Source: an uncultured delta proteobacterium
Lineage (GTDB): Bacteria; Desulfobacterota; Zymogenia; Zymogenales; Zymogenaceae
NCBI GenBank assembly: GCA_963792965.1
Contig: CAWBYW010000013.1
Location: forward strand, 64,001-128,000
Length of the DNA stretch: 64,000 nucleotides
Direction of reading: 5' to 3'
Shown here: positions 39,706 to 49,766 of the stretch, piece after piece
Layout of the letters: each line of letters starts with the position of its first letter
Position numbering within the stretch: the first letter of the stretch is position 1
The notes under the pieces: model-generated
What the model was told of the DNA's origin: nothing
The model's database searches: none
Seen by the model: only the letters and a program-made list of their open reading frames with translations
Program-made: the position numbers and the translations under genes

Positions 39706-41232
39706 TTATACTTCCTGGTCTGTGGAGGTGACGATAATGGCGGCCTCGCCACCTACCGGGCATTTGAACTCGCAGATTCCGCAGCCGACACAGCGATCGT
39801 ACACGACGTAGGGTTTTCTGAGGGGTGTCCCGTCGAGGGACGTTTCCCCGGTATCGTGAAATTGTATGGCATTGCCGTCCACCGGACAGTGTTCCTCGCA
39901 GACCGCGCAATTGGTCCCGTACGCGTGGGGGAAGCACCGGCTGGTGTCTATGTACGCCTTGCCGATAACGGTCGTGGCTTTTTCGGATATGGAGAGTTTC
40001 CTGATCGCGTGGGTGGGGCAGACCTGCCCGCAGAGGGTGCAGTGGAATTCACAATACCCGACGCGCGGCACGAGGACCGGCGAAAAGAGCCCCTCGAGGC
40101 CGGCTCTCCCGAGGTCCGGCTGCAGGCCGCCGGTTGGACAGGCCATCATGCACTCGGAGCACTTGACGCAGAGATGGAGAAACTCGTCCTCATCGACGGC
40201 TCCCGCGGGCCTCATGAAGCGCGACAGCCCCTTGGTTTCCTTGAGTTTCCTGATGGGAGCCACGGCAAACAGCGGCGCCGCGATCACGCCGGCCAGAAGC
40301 GACGACAGCACGTAGCGCCTCTTGAGGCTCGGGGCCGTTCTCTTGGCCTTGAGGCCGAGCCGATAGGAGACTTTTTCCTTTTCGCATGACCGAGCGCAGC
40401 TCATCGTCAGGATACACTCTCCCTTCTGAAACTTCCCATCCTTATCAAAGGCGTCCATTTCGCAGACCTCTCGGCACGCCGCGCAGTCGCGGCAGAGCGC
40501 CGCGGGTTTCCGCTTCAACAGTGAGGCGCCCGCACAGAGCCCGAGGAAGGCACCGAGGGGGCAGAGATACCGGCACCAGAATCGGGGCCTGATCTTCTCG
40601 AGAAAGATGATCGTCAGGAAAACCAGGAGGCTTGCCAGCGAAAGGAAAAAATGTCCCTGCTGGAAGGGGAGGACGGTGCTCCTGAGGAAATTGCTGACAT
40701 GCTCGGAGACCGACGTGACGCCGGGCAGATGCCAGTAATAGAGCTGATCGAATACGGCGGTCACCGCCTTGGAGAAGATCGGGTAGAGCGCCAGCGTGAA
40801 AGACCTGATGAGGATGCTGATAGGATCAAAGAGCCCCGTCAGGTTGATTGAAAAGAGCGCCGAAACAAGCACGATGATCAACAGGTAATATTTGATATTT
40901 TTCGACGGCTCCCACCGCGTCTTCCTTGGCGAGAGCGCGGGCCGAAACAGGTCAAGGGTTCCCCCGAGGGGGCAGAGCCATCCACAGAAGAAACGCCCGA
41001 GGATCAGGGTTGCCCCCACCAGGAGGAGGGAGGGCAGGAAAAATGCGTTAAGGGCCCTTGACGAAAGGAGGTTCCCGATCGCGGCGAGGGGATCTACCTG
41101 GAAGAAGACGTTTATCGGGTAATTGATCTCGTCTCCCCCGCGATACGTGGTGGTGATGAAAAGGATCGTGAAAATCAAAAGGATAAACAGCTGGATCACC
41201 CTTCTGGTGATCGACGTATTTTTTTTCTTCAT
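39706..41232 (-). CDS. Membrane polyferredoxin (NapH/MauN-like fused to NapG/MauM-like)
   Basis: FCGWLCP, WCRYLCP, several CxxCxxCxxxCP, N-terminal TMs. Confidence 0.9.
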   Translation of the reverse strand: MKKKNTSITRRVIQLFILLIFTILFITTTYRGGDEINYPINVFFQVDPLAAIGNLLSSRALNAFFLPSLLLVGATLILGRFFCGWLCPLGGTLDLFRPALSPRKTRWEPSKNIKYYLLIIVLVSALFSINLTGLFDPISILIRSFTLALYPIFSKAVTAVFDQLYYWHLPGVTSVSEHVSNFLRSTVLPFQQGHFFLSLASLLVFLTIIFLEKIRPRFWCRYLCPLGAFLGLCAGASLLKRKPAALCRDCAACREVCEMDAFDKDGKFQKGECILTMSCARSCEKEKVSYRLGLKAKRTAPSLKRRYVLSSLLAGVIAAPLFAVAPIRKLKETKGLSRFMRPAGAVDEDEFLHLCVKCSECMMACPTGGLQPDLGRAGLEGLFSPVLVPRVGYCEFHCTLCGQVCPTHAIRKLSISEKATTVIGKAYIDTSRCFPHAYGTNCAVCEEHCPVDGNAIQFHDTGETSLDGTPLRKPYVVYDRCVGCGICEFKCPVGGEAAIIVTSTDQEV

Positions 41233-41246
41233 GGCACGTATGAGTC

Positions 41247-42212
41247 TTATCCCCTTGCGGCGTTGATGGTGGTGACCTTGCTCAGATCGATCTCTCCCAG
41301 CCCCCGATTGTATGCGGCCTTGATGTGTCCGATATTGCTCCCGGTAAGCCCCAGGAGAAACGCCCCGTATGAATCGACGGCGACCGGGTCCGTTCCCGCG
41401 GCCATGACGTTGAGGACCCTGACGTCCTTCATGGTTCCCCGCTTCGGTCCGTTTCTGAACATCGTCCGCGAGCCGTCCAGCACGATGAGGGCGGGTTTTA
41501 TAAAGGTCGCGAGATCTGCGATCTTTTCATCGATGCCCCAGTGTACTTGCCCGCGATTCCCACCGATGAGGCCCATAAGCCCTTTCATCGACATCGTGAC
41601 GGTGGTGATTGAATGGGACTTCACGACCGGGACGCTTATTAGTTTGTCCACCTCCAGCGCGTCTCCGAAGAACGACCATTTCTTCAGGGCCTTTGCCCCG
41701 GGGATCTCGCGCCGCACCATCTTTTTGTCTTCGATATACTCGACCACGACTTTCGGGCTCTTGAGGGATTCCACGGCGTCTTTTATGCCGCTGGTATTAT
41801 ATGAGCGGCGGGAGTCGTCACACGAATAGTCGAACACGAGGATCTGGTCGGCGCCCGCGTCGAGGCAGAGCTCGACGACCGTTTTCGCCACCTCCGGGTG
41901 GGTGTTGGCCCCGAGCTCGGGCACCCTGTCCCACCCGATATTCGGATGTACCATTATCCGCTCGCCGCCGGTGATGAAGTTCTTCATGCCCCCCATGGCG
42001 TCCACGACGTCGATGACGAGATTTCGATAGTTGGTGCCGTTGGCGAATGCAATGGAAGTCTGCTTGGGTTGGGGGACGACGTTAACCTGCGCGGGTAAGG
42101 CCAGGCCCACATAGGCCATCGCCGATGTCTTCACCACCCCCTCGAGGAAGGTTCGCCGATCGACCCTGTTTGATAAGAGCTTCTTATCCTGATCGTGTTT
42201 TCCGTTGTCCAT
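41247..42212 (-). CDS. Tat-exported DUF362 protein
   Basis: DRRTFL; HPNIGWD, ANTHP, PVVKSH, SMKGLMG, DPVAVD. Confidence 0.88.
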   Translation of the reverse strand: MDNGKHDQDKKLLSNRVDRRTFLEGVVKTSAMAYVGLALPAQVNVVPQPKQTSIAFANGTNYRNLVIDVVDAMGGMKNFITGGERIMVHPNIGWDRVPELGANTHPEVAKTVVELCLDAGADQILVFDYSCDDSRRSYNTSGIKDAVESLKSPKVVVEYIEDKKMVRREIPGAKALKKWSFFGDALEVDKLISVPVVKSHSITTVTMSMKGLMGLIGGNRGQVHWGIDEKIADLATFIKPALIVLDGSRTMFRNGPKRGTMKDVRVLNVMAAGTDPVAVDSYGAFLLGLTGSNIGHIKAAYNRGLGEIDLSKVTTINAARG

Positions 42213-42255
42213 GTGACTATTCCTTTCCTATCTCATATAGACAATAAGGGTTGTA

Positions 42256-43209
42256 CTATCCGCCGATGATCCTGACTTTCGAGAGATCTATCTGGCCCAG
42301 GCCCATATCGTACGCGCGGGCTATGTGGCCGATTTCGGTCCCTTTCATACCGAAGAGCGTCGCGCCCCAGGAGTCCACGGCAACGGGGTCGGTGCCGGCG
42401 ATCACACGGTTCATGACCTTTACGGAGCCAAGATCGGAGCCGGAGGGACCTCCATGGAGCATTATGCGGGTTGCGTCAAGAACGATAAGGGTCGGCCTGA
42501 TGAACGTTGAGATGTCGGCCAGCTTCTGATCGATTCCCCAGTGGATCTGCCCGCGGTTTTTCCCGATCACCCCCATGAGGTTTTTCATGGAGAGGGTGAG
42601 CGTCGTGGAGCCGTGGGTCTTGGCAACGGGGACATTGATGAGCTTGTCGGCATCGAGCGCCTCTTTATAAAACTCCCAGCGCGTGAGCTTCTTGGCACGC
42701 GGAAGGCTACGCTCGACCCATTTGTTATTGTCGATATACTCGATCTTCGCCCTCGGGTTCTTGAGTCCCTCAACGGCGCCCTTAATCCCGCTTGATACAT
42801 AGGTGCGTCGGGCGTCGTCACAACTGTTGTCAAAGACAAGCACCCGATCGGCTCCGGCCTCAAGGCACATCTCGACGATCGTCTTGACCACCAGCGGGTG
42901 GGTGTTACCGCCATATGGGGGAGGGCTGTCCCATGCGATGTTCGGCTTCACCACGACCCGCTCCCCGCCGGTGATGAAGGTGCGGATTCCGCCCAGCCCG
43001 TCGACGGCGTCGATGACGATATTTTTGTAGTTGGTTCCCTTCCCGATGGAGAGGGTAGACGGTGTGGCCCCGTAGATGCTCTCGGCCATCGTCGGCACCC
43101 CCGCAAAGAGGGCCAGCGACGTTGCCTTGATGACCCCGCCGAGGAATGAACGACGTCCCACCGATCGACGCGTGTATGGAAGGCTATCTTCTTCATCAAA
43201 ATCGTGCAT
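42256..43209 (-). CDS. Tat-exported DUF362 protein
   Basis: GRRSFL; KPNIAWD, GNTHP, PVAKTH, SMKNLMG, DPVAVD; ATG 43209. Confidence 0.88.
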   Translation of the reverse strand: MHDFDEEDSLPYTRRSVGRRSFLGGVIKATSLALFAGVPTMAESIYGATPSTLSIGKGTNYKNIVIDAVDGLGGIRTFITGGERVVVKPNIAWDSPPPYGGNTHPLVVKTIVEMCLEAGADRVLVFDNSCDDARRTYVSSGIKGAVEGLKNPRAKIEYIDNNKWVERSLPRAKKLTRWEFYKEALDADKLINVPVAKTHGSTTLTLSMKNLMGVIGKNRGQIHWGIDQKLADISTFIRPTLIVLDATRIMLHGGPSGSDLGSVKVMNRVIAGTDPVAVDSWGATLFGMKGTEIGHIARAYDMGLGQIDLSKVRIIGG

Positions 43210-43438
43210 GCGAACCTCCCGAGCGGAAAATCCGGCGAAACTCGAGTCCGTTTGGCCGGGCACGGGCCGCCTGTTCTCGATCGAACGGGCGCGCCGCGTA
43301 AAGAGTTCTGAGTAGTATACCACACGATTTGTTCACTGTCCAGAAGAGATATCGATGTGATGGTGTCCTTTTTTACCGGGTGGGAAGGGCGGTGTCGTGA
43401 GGGAATGGTGGGATTCTCATTTCGGGAGGGAGGGATTT

Positions 43439-43473
43439 TCCGCTGAAGCGGGACGAAGTCCCGCTTCAGCGGA
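43439..43473. repeat. Perfect 16-bp inverted repeat (REP-like/mRNA stem-loop)
   Basis: TCCGCTGAAGCGGGAC-GAA-GTCCCGCTTCAGCGGA, 13 nt past the stop of the barrel gene; no U-tract in that orientation. Confidence 0.7.
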
Positions 43474-43486
43474 GGTCTGCGATAAG

Positions 43487-44986
43487 CTACAGGTCCCAGA
43501 GTCGCATGATCCCGAAGGTAACCGTCCAATCCGGATCCGAGTCGGCAAATCCGGCCGCGCCGGACGCGAAGACGACGTACTTCCCGATCAGAAATCTCAT
43601 GCCGCCGCCGGCCATATAGCTCGATATATCTTTATCGGCAATCTTCCCATAGAACTCGCCGAAGACGGAGGCCCAGTCGGTCACGGCGTATTCCGCTCCG
43701 ATCCCGGCGACGAAGAAGTCGTTCTGGCTGCTGATATCCGTCGGTATGCCGTCGATGGCAATGCCCAGGTTCAGATGAGCGGCGAACTTATTGTAGGAGA
43801 AAGAGGCAAGGGCAAGCGCGGTGAAATCCATCTTTTCCGTGCCGAGCCCCTTGTCGAAACTGGCAACGGGGAGCTTGACGTCCGAATAGATGCCGAAGCG
43901 GAAGTGCCCCACCTGCCAGGGGGATACCCTGAAATTCACATGGAGATCGGAGACTCCGTCGGTGCTCCCGAATTCCGGTGAATCATCCAGGAAGAGATAT
44001 GACCACGAAATTCCGAGATCGACGCCCTGGGCAAGGCCCACCCTGAACTCTTTAAAAAAGGCGTCGTAGAGCATCGACCCGTCCCCAAAACCCGAGGCGC
44101 CGAAGGCCAGCGCCCCGTAGAGCGTATTGGGGGCGCTCGTCCAGGCCTCCTCGGTCTTCATCGGGAAGGGGTAGTAGATGAGCTTCTTGGGCCTCTCATC
44201 GGAGTAGAAAGGACCGGCAGACGTCGGCCCGACCTTCCAGACGCGGGAAAGCCAGAGCCCCGCCGACCACTCAGGAGTCTGCGGCGTCAGCCCGTAGGAG
44301 CCGGTGACGGCCCACTCCCATCCCCAGCCGATAGGGCCGACGATGCCGAGGGTCGCCTTTGAGATCTCGTTTTCTTCCCTGCCGCCGGTGGTGCCGGCGA
44401 CCTCGGCGACGATTGACCAATCGTCCGTGATCAGGTACTCAAGGCCAACCCCGTACGCAAAGAGATAGTCATAGTGCCTCAGCTGAGTATTGTCCCCGAC
44501 GACGGCGAGGCCCGCGTTGACGTTGAGCCTGAGTTTGTTCAGGGTGGCCGTATAGAGGCCTGTGACGAAAAAGTCCTGTTCATCGGTCCCGAGGCCGTAT
44601 CTATCGTCGGCGTCCGGAAGCTTGGTGGCGACCGAAATCCCGAGCCTTCCCCATGGTCCTTTCCAGGGCGAGGTCTTTACCTCCACGGTAAGATCTCCTG
44701 AGCCGGACGACTCACGACCGCCCGGCCACTCCCGGATCAGGTTGGCGCCGTATCGGAGAATAAAATCGGTGTCATCGGAGACTCCCCAGGTTAGCCCGAT
44801 ATAGGGTGCACTGATGAGGGTCGATGTGTCGGGCAGGGAATCGACCGTGAACCAGATATCCGACCTCAGGTTTCCCCCTCCGATCGTCTCGGCCCGGTCG
44901 GTGGTCAGAGGATTGAGCTCGGCGGCGTAGGCGGTCATCCCGAGAACGCACAGACCAGCGACGAAAAATAAGAGCACTTTTTTCAT
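43487..44986 (-). CDS. Outer-membrane protein with two tandem transporter-type beta-barrel domains
   Basis: Signal peptide ending AYA; halves align (SGDL..VKTSPW..KLP..GLGT..DF vs SDL..FRVSPW..KLP..GLGT..DF). Confidence 0.75.
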   Translation of the reverse strand: MKKVLLFFVAGLCVLGMTAYAAELNPLTTDRAETIGGGNLRSDIWFTVDSLPDTSTLISAPYIGLTWGVSDDTDFILRYGANLIREWPGGRESSGSGDLTVEVKTSPWKGPWGRLGISVATKLPDADDRYGLGTDEQDFFVTGLYTATLNKLRLNVNAGLAVVGDNTQLRHYDYLFAYGVGLEYLITDDWSIVAEVAGTTGGREENEISKATLGIVGPIGWGWEWAVTGSYGLTPQTPEWSAGLWLSRVWKVGPTSAGPFYSDERPKKLIYYPFPMKTEEAWTSAPNTLYGALAFGASGFGDGSMLYDAFFKEFRVGLAQGVDLGISWSYLFLDDSPEFGSTDGVSDLHVNFRVSPWQVGHFRFGIYSDVKLPVASFDKGLGTEKMDFTALALASFSYNKFAAHLNLGIAIDGIPTDISSQNDFFVAGIGAEYAVTDWASVFGEFYGKIADKDISSYMAGGGMRFLIGKYVVFASGAAGFADSDPDWTVTFGIMRLWDL

Positions 44987-45362
44987 GGCGACACCTTCAT
45001 ATGATATAATTCTCACTATTTTAGTTCTCAATTAATGAAACGCATAGCTCTTTTACCACTTCGCGGTCACGCGTGTCAAGAGCAACATGTCATGGGGACA
45101 CAAAAAACCGTCCTCGTTCTCAGAGGCGCCTCAAGACGCCTCGCACAGGGCCGCAGGTCAATTCCGAAGTATTTGTCAACGGCACAGGAGGGTAGGTCGC
45201 CGCGGAAGGCGGCGGGACAGCGGTGGAGAACTGCCGGGAGTTTTTATAGTCCCGCGCTTCGATGGAGAGCCCGCGCCGCACGGGCTCCCGATATGCGAGC
45301 ATACCCGCCCGGCGGAACACCGTCGCGCGATGAAAGGTAGCGTGCGCCGTCCTGACGCCGTG

Positions 45363-46628
45363 CTAATACCTTCCGAAATAATTGATCCATATCGTCGTAG
45401 CCTTCTTTCTGATGAGTGAAAACAGGAAGCTTGGAATCAGGAGCAGCATGGCGAAGAGCGCGTACTTCTTGGCCTGCTCTGCCTTTTCGGCAATAAGGGC
45501 GAAGGTGAGGCCACCCTTGCTCCCTCTCTTTCCGACGGTCGTCTCATCCTCGGTTATTACAGCTCCCGTGTGCCCCTCCCCGGTGGGAGGGCCCGTATGG
45601 GTGGAAACGAGGCGCTCCATATCGCCGAAAAGACGGTCACAGAAGTCCGACATGGAATAGTTCTTAAGTACATCTCTGCACGCATTATTTCTTATGCTCT
45701 CCAACAATGCCGGGTCATCAATAAGCCTGGCCATCGCCGAGATCCAACCGCCCGGGGAATTATCGGTCAAGAGCCCGTTCACTCCATCTTCTATGCGGGA
45801 CCTGTAGAGGGAAACATCCGAGTATATCCCCGCCGTGCCGCAGGCGCCGTATTCCCGATACTTCACGTCCGTTTTTGACCGATGGAAGAGATCATCCTCC
45901 ATGGGGGCCAGGCCGATGTCACATCCTGTCCGGTAAAACTTCCTGATAAACGCATCGTAGTTCCTCGTAAAGGGAACGAAATGAATATTCGGCCGTTTTA
46001 TGGGGAAACGAGAGCCGAATATGTGGAATTCGACCTTATCACGATAGTTGCCGGAAATGGAGCGTATCGCCTCCGTAATCAGGGGCTGGAGATAGTCTAT
46101 CTTTCCTCGACTGGTGGCATAGGTGATCCTTATTTTCGCGTCGTGCTTTTTCCTACGTTCGTTTTCTATCAGGGAAAAATCGAAATACCCCTTCGAAAGA
46201 ACGACATTTTTATTATATTTTTTTGCCTCTTCGCTCAGCGGCTCCGAATAGACCCGGACCAGGTCGGCCGACGTCAGAAAAGTCTGCAGACGATCCTTTC
46301 GGTCGAGGTCGAGGTAATGCCTGCCGACAATTGTCATCCCGAACGGTGTATTCGGGTCAACGTTAAGAATGTTATCATCGAGCTCATAAATTATCTTTCT
46401 ATTTTTATTCTTGGCGTGCTGGAGGAAATTCAGGTCAATCTGTTCGCTGTTGCGACAAAAAACGACCACATCGGCCCAGTCGGCGTATCTTCGCTTCGGC
46501 AGCTCACTGAAGGTTAACTTAAACTCGATTTTATTCTTAGCCCTGAGAAACAACATGGGCTTAAGGGCAAACAGCACGGTAGACGGAATGATATCGGGCA
46601 CTACGGATAAGACCCGTATCTTGGTCAT
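45363..46628 (-). CDS. Glycosyltransferase (GT4-like)
   Basis: IIYELDD, DIGLAP...FHRSKTDVKYREY, DGVNGLL. Confidence 0.8.
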   Translation of the reverse strand: MTKIRVLSVVPDIIPSTVLFALKPMLFLRAKNKIEFKLTFSELPKRRYADWADVVVFCRNSEQIDLNFLQHAKNKNRKIIYELDDNILNVDPNTPFGMTIVGRHYLDLDRKDRLQTFLTSADLVRVYSEPLSEEAKKYNKNVVLSKGYFDFSLIENERRKKHDAKIRITYATSRGKIDYLQPLITEAIRSISGNYRDKVEFHIFGSRFPIKRPNIHFVPFTRNYDAFIRKFYRTGCDIGLAPMEDDLFHRSKTDVKYREYGACGTAGIYSDVSLYRSRIEDGVNGLLTDNSPGGWISAMARLIDDPALLESIRNNACRDVLKNYSMSDFCDRLFGDMERLVSTHTGPPTGEGHTGAVITEDETTVGKRGSKGGLTFALIAEKAEQAKKYALFAMLLLIPSFLFSLIRKKATTIWINYFGRY

Positions 46629-46805
46629 GGGAGACTCTCCTGAGATCGACTCATATGCCCGAACATACGTGGACGAAACGGTGGATCAAGGGAATTGATC
46701 GGGCTAAATCCCCCATACATTCTATCCCGTATGGCGGTAGATACATAGTGGGCATGCTAACATCGAGTCGAATAATAATCAAGAGATTTACCGTGATGAT
46801 TCTTG

Positions 46806-46834
46806 TTGACAGTGCCGTGTAGAGGCCCTATAGT
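46806..46834 (+). promoter_or_regulatory. Sigma70 promoter for the radical SAM pair
   Basis: TTGACA-17 nt-TATAGT. Confidence 0.65.
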
Positions 46835-46887
46835 GTATCCGCCCGGATGTATGCAAATAGAGAATAACCTATCCATGGTTTCTGAAC

Positions 46888-48228
46888 ATGAACAGCTTCT
46901 TTCTTGAGATTCCTCATATCACCGGCGAAACGATACCATTCACGCTGAACGTTACGGATACGAGCATTCTCAAGTCGCGAAAGCATATTCTCAGATTTGA
47001 TCTCTACCCAAAGGCGGCCCCTTCACCGGGACACCGGCATTACGGATGGTGGGATATTCCCCTGGCACACATCGACCGAAACCGCGTCGAGATGAGACTC
47101 GACCTCAAATCCAAGAGCCTGTTGTTTGAAAATCGAAATAAGACCGTCGAGGTTGGGTCGGGATTAAGAAGGAGCGTCGATGAAACGGGGTATAGCACAT
47201 TCCACACGACGCTCTTGGACACCGAGAGCGAGCGGCCATACGTGGTCGAGACCAAGCCATATCACCTCTACATTGCCGGCAACCGAATAGAGCCGATGCT
47301 GAAACAGATCAATATTCCCGTGACCGACCGGTGTAACCTCAGCTGTCCCAATTGCCCACGGAGCCATTCAAAAGACCTGATCGCGGCCGACATCGCCGAC
47401 GAGGTGCTCAAGCCCCTGTTGGACAGTGTGGGGGATATCCACTGTGTATTGCTCCAGGGGCTCGGTGAGCCCCTCCTCTACCCCGGTATGATCGACCTGA
47501 TACGAGAGGTCAAAAGACTTCTGCCCAAATACGGCGAGGCCGGGCTTACGACCAACGCCACGCTCCTCGATGAGCAATACGTGGCCCGCCTCCTTGATAC
47601 CGGAATCGATTTTATCTATTTTTCCGTGGACGCCGCCACGGACGAGACGTATCGGAAAGTCAGGCGCGGGGGCAATTTCCGGACGGTCATGGAAAACATC
47701 GCCGCCGTGACCCGATACCGAGAGGTCGCGGGGCTCAAGAAAACCAAGTGTATGCTGAACTTCGTCATGATGCCGGAGAATATCGACGAGATCCCCGCGT
47801 TCGCACAAATGTGCGCCACGCTGGGAGTGGAGAATCTGACCTACAGCTACTGTCTCATCGCCGGGACCGGAAAGATGATAACCTTTGATTCAGAGCTGCT
47901 CCGCACTCGCTTCGAAGAGGCAAAGAAGATCGGCGGCGCTCACGGCATCCAGATCTTTTTTCCTCCGCTGCAAGAGAGCCGGAAGCCGCGCTGCCTGTTC
48001 ATGGAATGCGCTATCCCCTGTCATACGGGAGATGTGTATCCCTGCCACGCCATGGCGCCCGGATACGGGATTGAAGGTCAGGTGAAGATTTTCGGGAACG
48101 TGAAGGATATGCCCCTCCGGAGAATCTGGGAAAAGCCCGAGTACCGGGAATTCAGAAGACGGGTTGTGTCGGGAGATTTTCCGAGCGAGTGCAGTCAATG
48201 CGAGTGTAAGTCCTACCTCGTTCCTTGA
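46888..48228 (+). CDS. Radical SAM/SPASM-twitch protein with ~135-aa N-terminal extra domain
   Basis: CNLSCPNC, GLGEPLL, TTNATLL, FSVDA, GDVYPC, FGNV..IW, CSQC. Confidence 0.9.
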   Translation: MNSFFLEIPHITGETIPFTLNVTDTSILKSRKHILRFDLYPKAAPSPGHRHYGWWDIPLAHIDRNRVEMRLDLKSKSLLFENRNKTVEVGSGLRRSVDETGYSTFHTTLLDTESERPYVVETKPYHLYIAGNRIEPMLKQINIPVTDRCNLSCPNCPRSHSKDLIAADIADEVLKPLLDSVGDIHCVLLQGLGEPLLYPGMIDLIREVKRLLPKYGEAGLTTNATLLDEQYVARLLDTGIDFIYFSVDAATDETYRKVRRGGNFRTVMENIAAVTRYREVAGLKKTKCMLNFVMMPENIDEIPAFAQMCATLGVENLTYSYCLIAGTGKMITFDSELLRTRFEEAKKIGGAHGIQIFFPPLQESRKPRCLFMECAIPCHTGDVYPCHAMAPGYGIEGQVKIFGNVKDMPLRRIWEKPEYREFRRRVVSGDFPSECSQCECKSYLVP

Positions 48229-48259
48229 ACCCCCGTCCGTTCTTAGGGTTGTGCAAATC

Positions 48260-49594
48260 ATGTCTGCGGCTTTTGAAGTCCAGGCCCCACGGGTGTGGGG
48301 TGATACGACTGAGCTTGTCCTCACCCTCCGTGACGATCGGTTCAGGGGCTCGTGTGGACACTTCATTCGGCTGGACATTTATCCCGTTGCCGCGCCTTCC
48401 GGCTTCGATCGGCATCACGGCTATTTTGACATCCCGCTCAGCCTCATCAAGAACGATCGAACCGAGCTTTCACTCTCGAAAGTCAGGCTCGCTATTGGCA
48501 GGGGGAGGCTGCGAAAGAGGATACGGCCCGCCTGGAAGGGAAAGATTGGATACGCCGGCTACATCACACTCCACTCGTCTCTCTGGGAAGCCGGCGAAGG
48601 ACCGCCGAGGCAAATCCAGGTCATATCGTCCGAGCACTGCATTCTCCCCCCCAGCCGGACCGTCCCCCTGGAGACCATCGATATTCCCGTCAGCCAGCGG
48701 TGTAATCTCTCCTGTCCCATGTGTCAGAGAAGATCCTACACTTCCTCAGACGAGATAGACCTGACCGATCTGCTCTTTTCGGCTATCCTCAAATCGGTGC
48801 CGCTTGTCCATCACGTTCACGCACAGGGTATCGGCGAGCCTCTGCTCCACCCCCGTTTCTTTGAGATCCTCAAGAGGTTGAGGGCCACCCTGCCCAAAGA
48901 GGGACGGCTGGGCACCTGCACCAACGCCACTCTCCTCACGCGTGAAAACGCCGCGAAGATTCTCGAGGCAGGAATCGACTACCTCTACTTCTCGATCGAC
49001 GGAGCGACCAGGGAAACCGCGGAGGCGATCCGTCCCGGGTTGAATTTCAGCCGCTTTATTGACAACGTCTCGTTTTGTGTCGCCCTCAGCAACGGGCCAA
49101 AGGTAAAGCGGCCCTGGTACATGTTCAGCTTTGCCGTTATGCCCGAAAATATCCATGAGTTGAGTGACTTCGTGAGGTTGGCCGGGTCGCTGGGAGTCGA
49201 CTCCGTCCGTTTCGGGCGTTTGCGGGAATTTCCAGGCGGCAGGTTTGTTGATCTTGATGAGAAATCTCTCCGCGCGCAAATCCAGGCGGCCCGTGGGATC
49301 GCCGACAAGAACGGGGTGATACTCATGCTCCCCCGTCTCCGTCGGTCAAAAGAGCAGCGGTGCCGGTTTATGCAGACCGCTTTCCTGAAGCCAAACGGTG
49401 ACGTCATTCCCTGCTGTAACATGAGGCCTCATGCCACAACAGGGAAGGTAGTGACATTCGGCAATATCCTCCGGGAGCCGCTGGAGGACATCTGGAACAA
49501 GGAAGAGTATCGTGACTTTCGTGAAAGCGTGATCAGGGGCCACTTCCCCGAAGTGTGTTACGACTGTGATCTCAAGAGCGGCCTCCTTGTTTGA
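48260..49594 (+). CDS. Radical SAM/SPASM-twitch protein, paralog with the same N-terminal domain
   Basis: CNLSCPMC, GIGEPLL, TNATLL, FSIDG, GDVIPCC, FGNI..IW, CYDC; ATG 48260 aligns with paralog start. Confidence 0.9.
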   Translation: MSAAFEVQAPRVWGDTTELVLTLRDDRFRGSCGHFIRLDIYPVAAPSGFDRHHGYFDIPLSLIKNDRTELSLSKVRLAIGRGRLRKRIRPAWKGKIGYAGYITLHSSLWEAGEGPPRQIQVISSEHCILPPSRTVPLETIDIPVSQRCNLSCPMCQRRSYTSSDEIDLTDLLFSAILKSVPLVHHVHAQGIGEPLLHPRFFEILKRLRATLPKEGRLGTCTNATLLTRENAAKILEAGIDYLYFSIDGATRETAEAIRPGLNFSRFIDNVSFCVALSNGPKVKRPWYMFSFAVMPENIHELSDFVRLAGSLGVDSVRFGRLREFPGGRFVDLDEKSLRAQIQAARGIADKNGVILMLPRLRRSKEQRCRFMQTAFLKPNGDVIPCCNMRPHATTGKVVTFGNILREPLEDIWNKEEYRDFRESVIRGHFPEVCYDCDLKSGLLV

Positions 49595-49766
49595 TGTCGG
49601 CCCGGACTCGTTTAGTCTCCCCGTTGTCTCCGCCGACGAGTGCACGAGACCGTATCTGTCCCGTCTTCCAGAGAAAAACAATATTTGATTGCCCCTTATT
49701 TTCTTACGTAGAGTTACGAACTAATCGAAGCGACCATCTTGTTCTCTGACCCGACCGTCATCTGTT

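Noticed and set aside
46888-49594. Radical SAM pair as RiPP maturases or anaerobic sulfatase maturase
   Set aside because: No precursor ORF or peptidase seen; too few C-terminal Cys for a full two-cluster SPASM; 23 kb from the sulfatase
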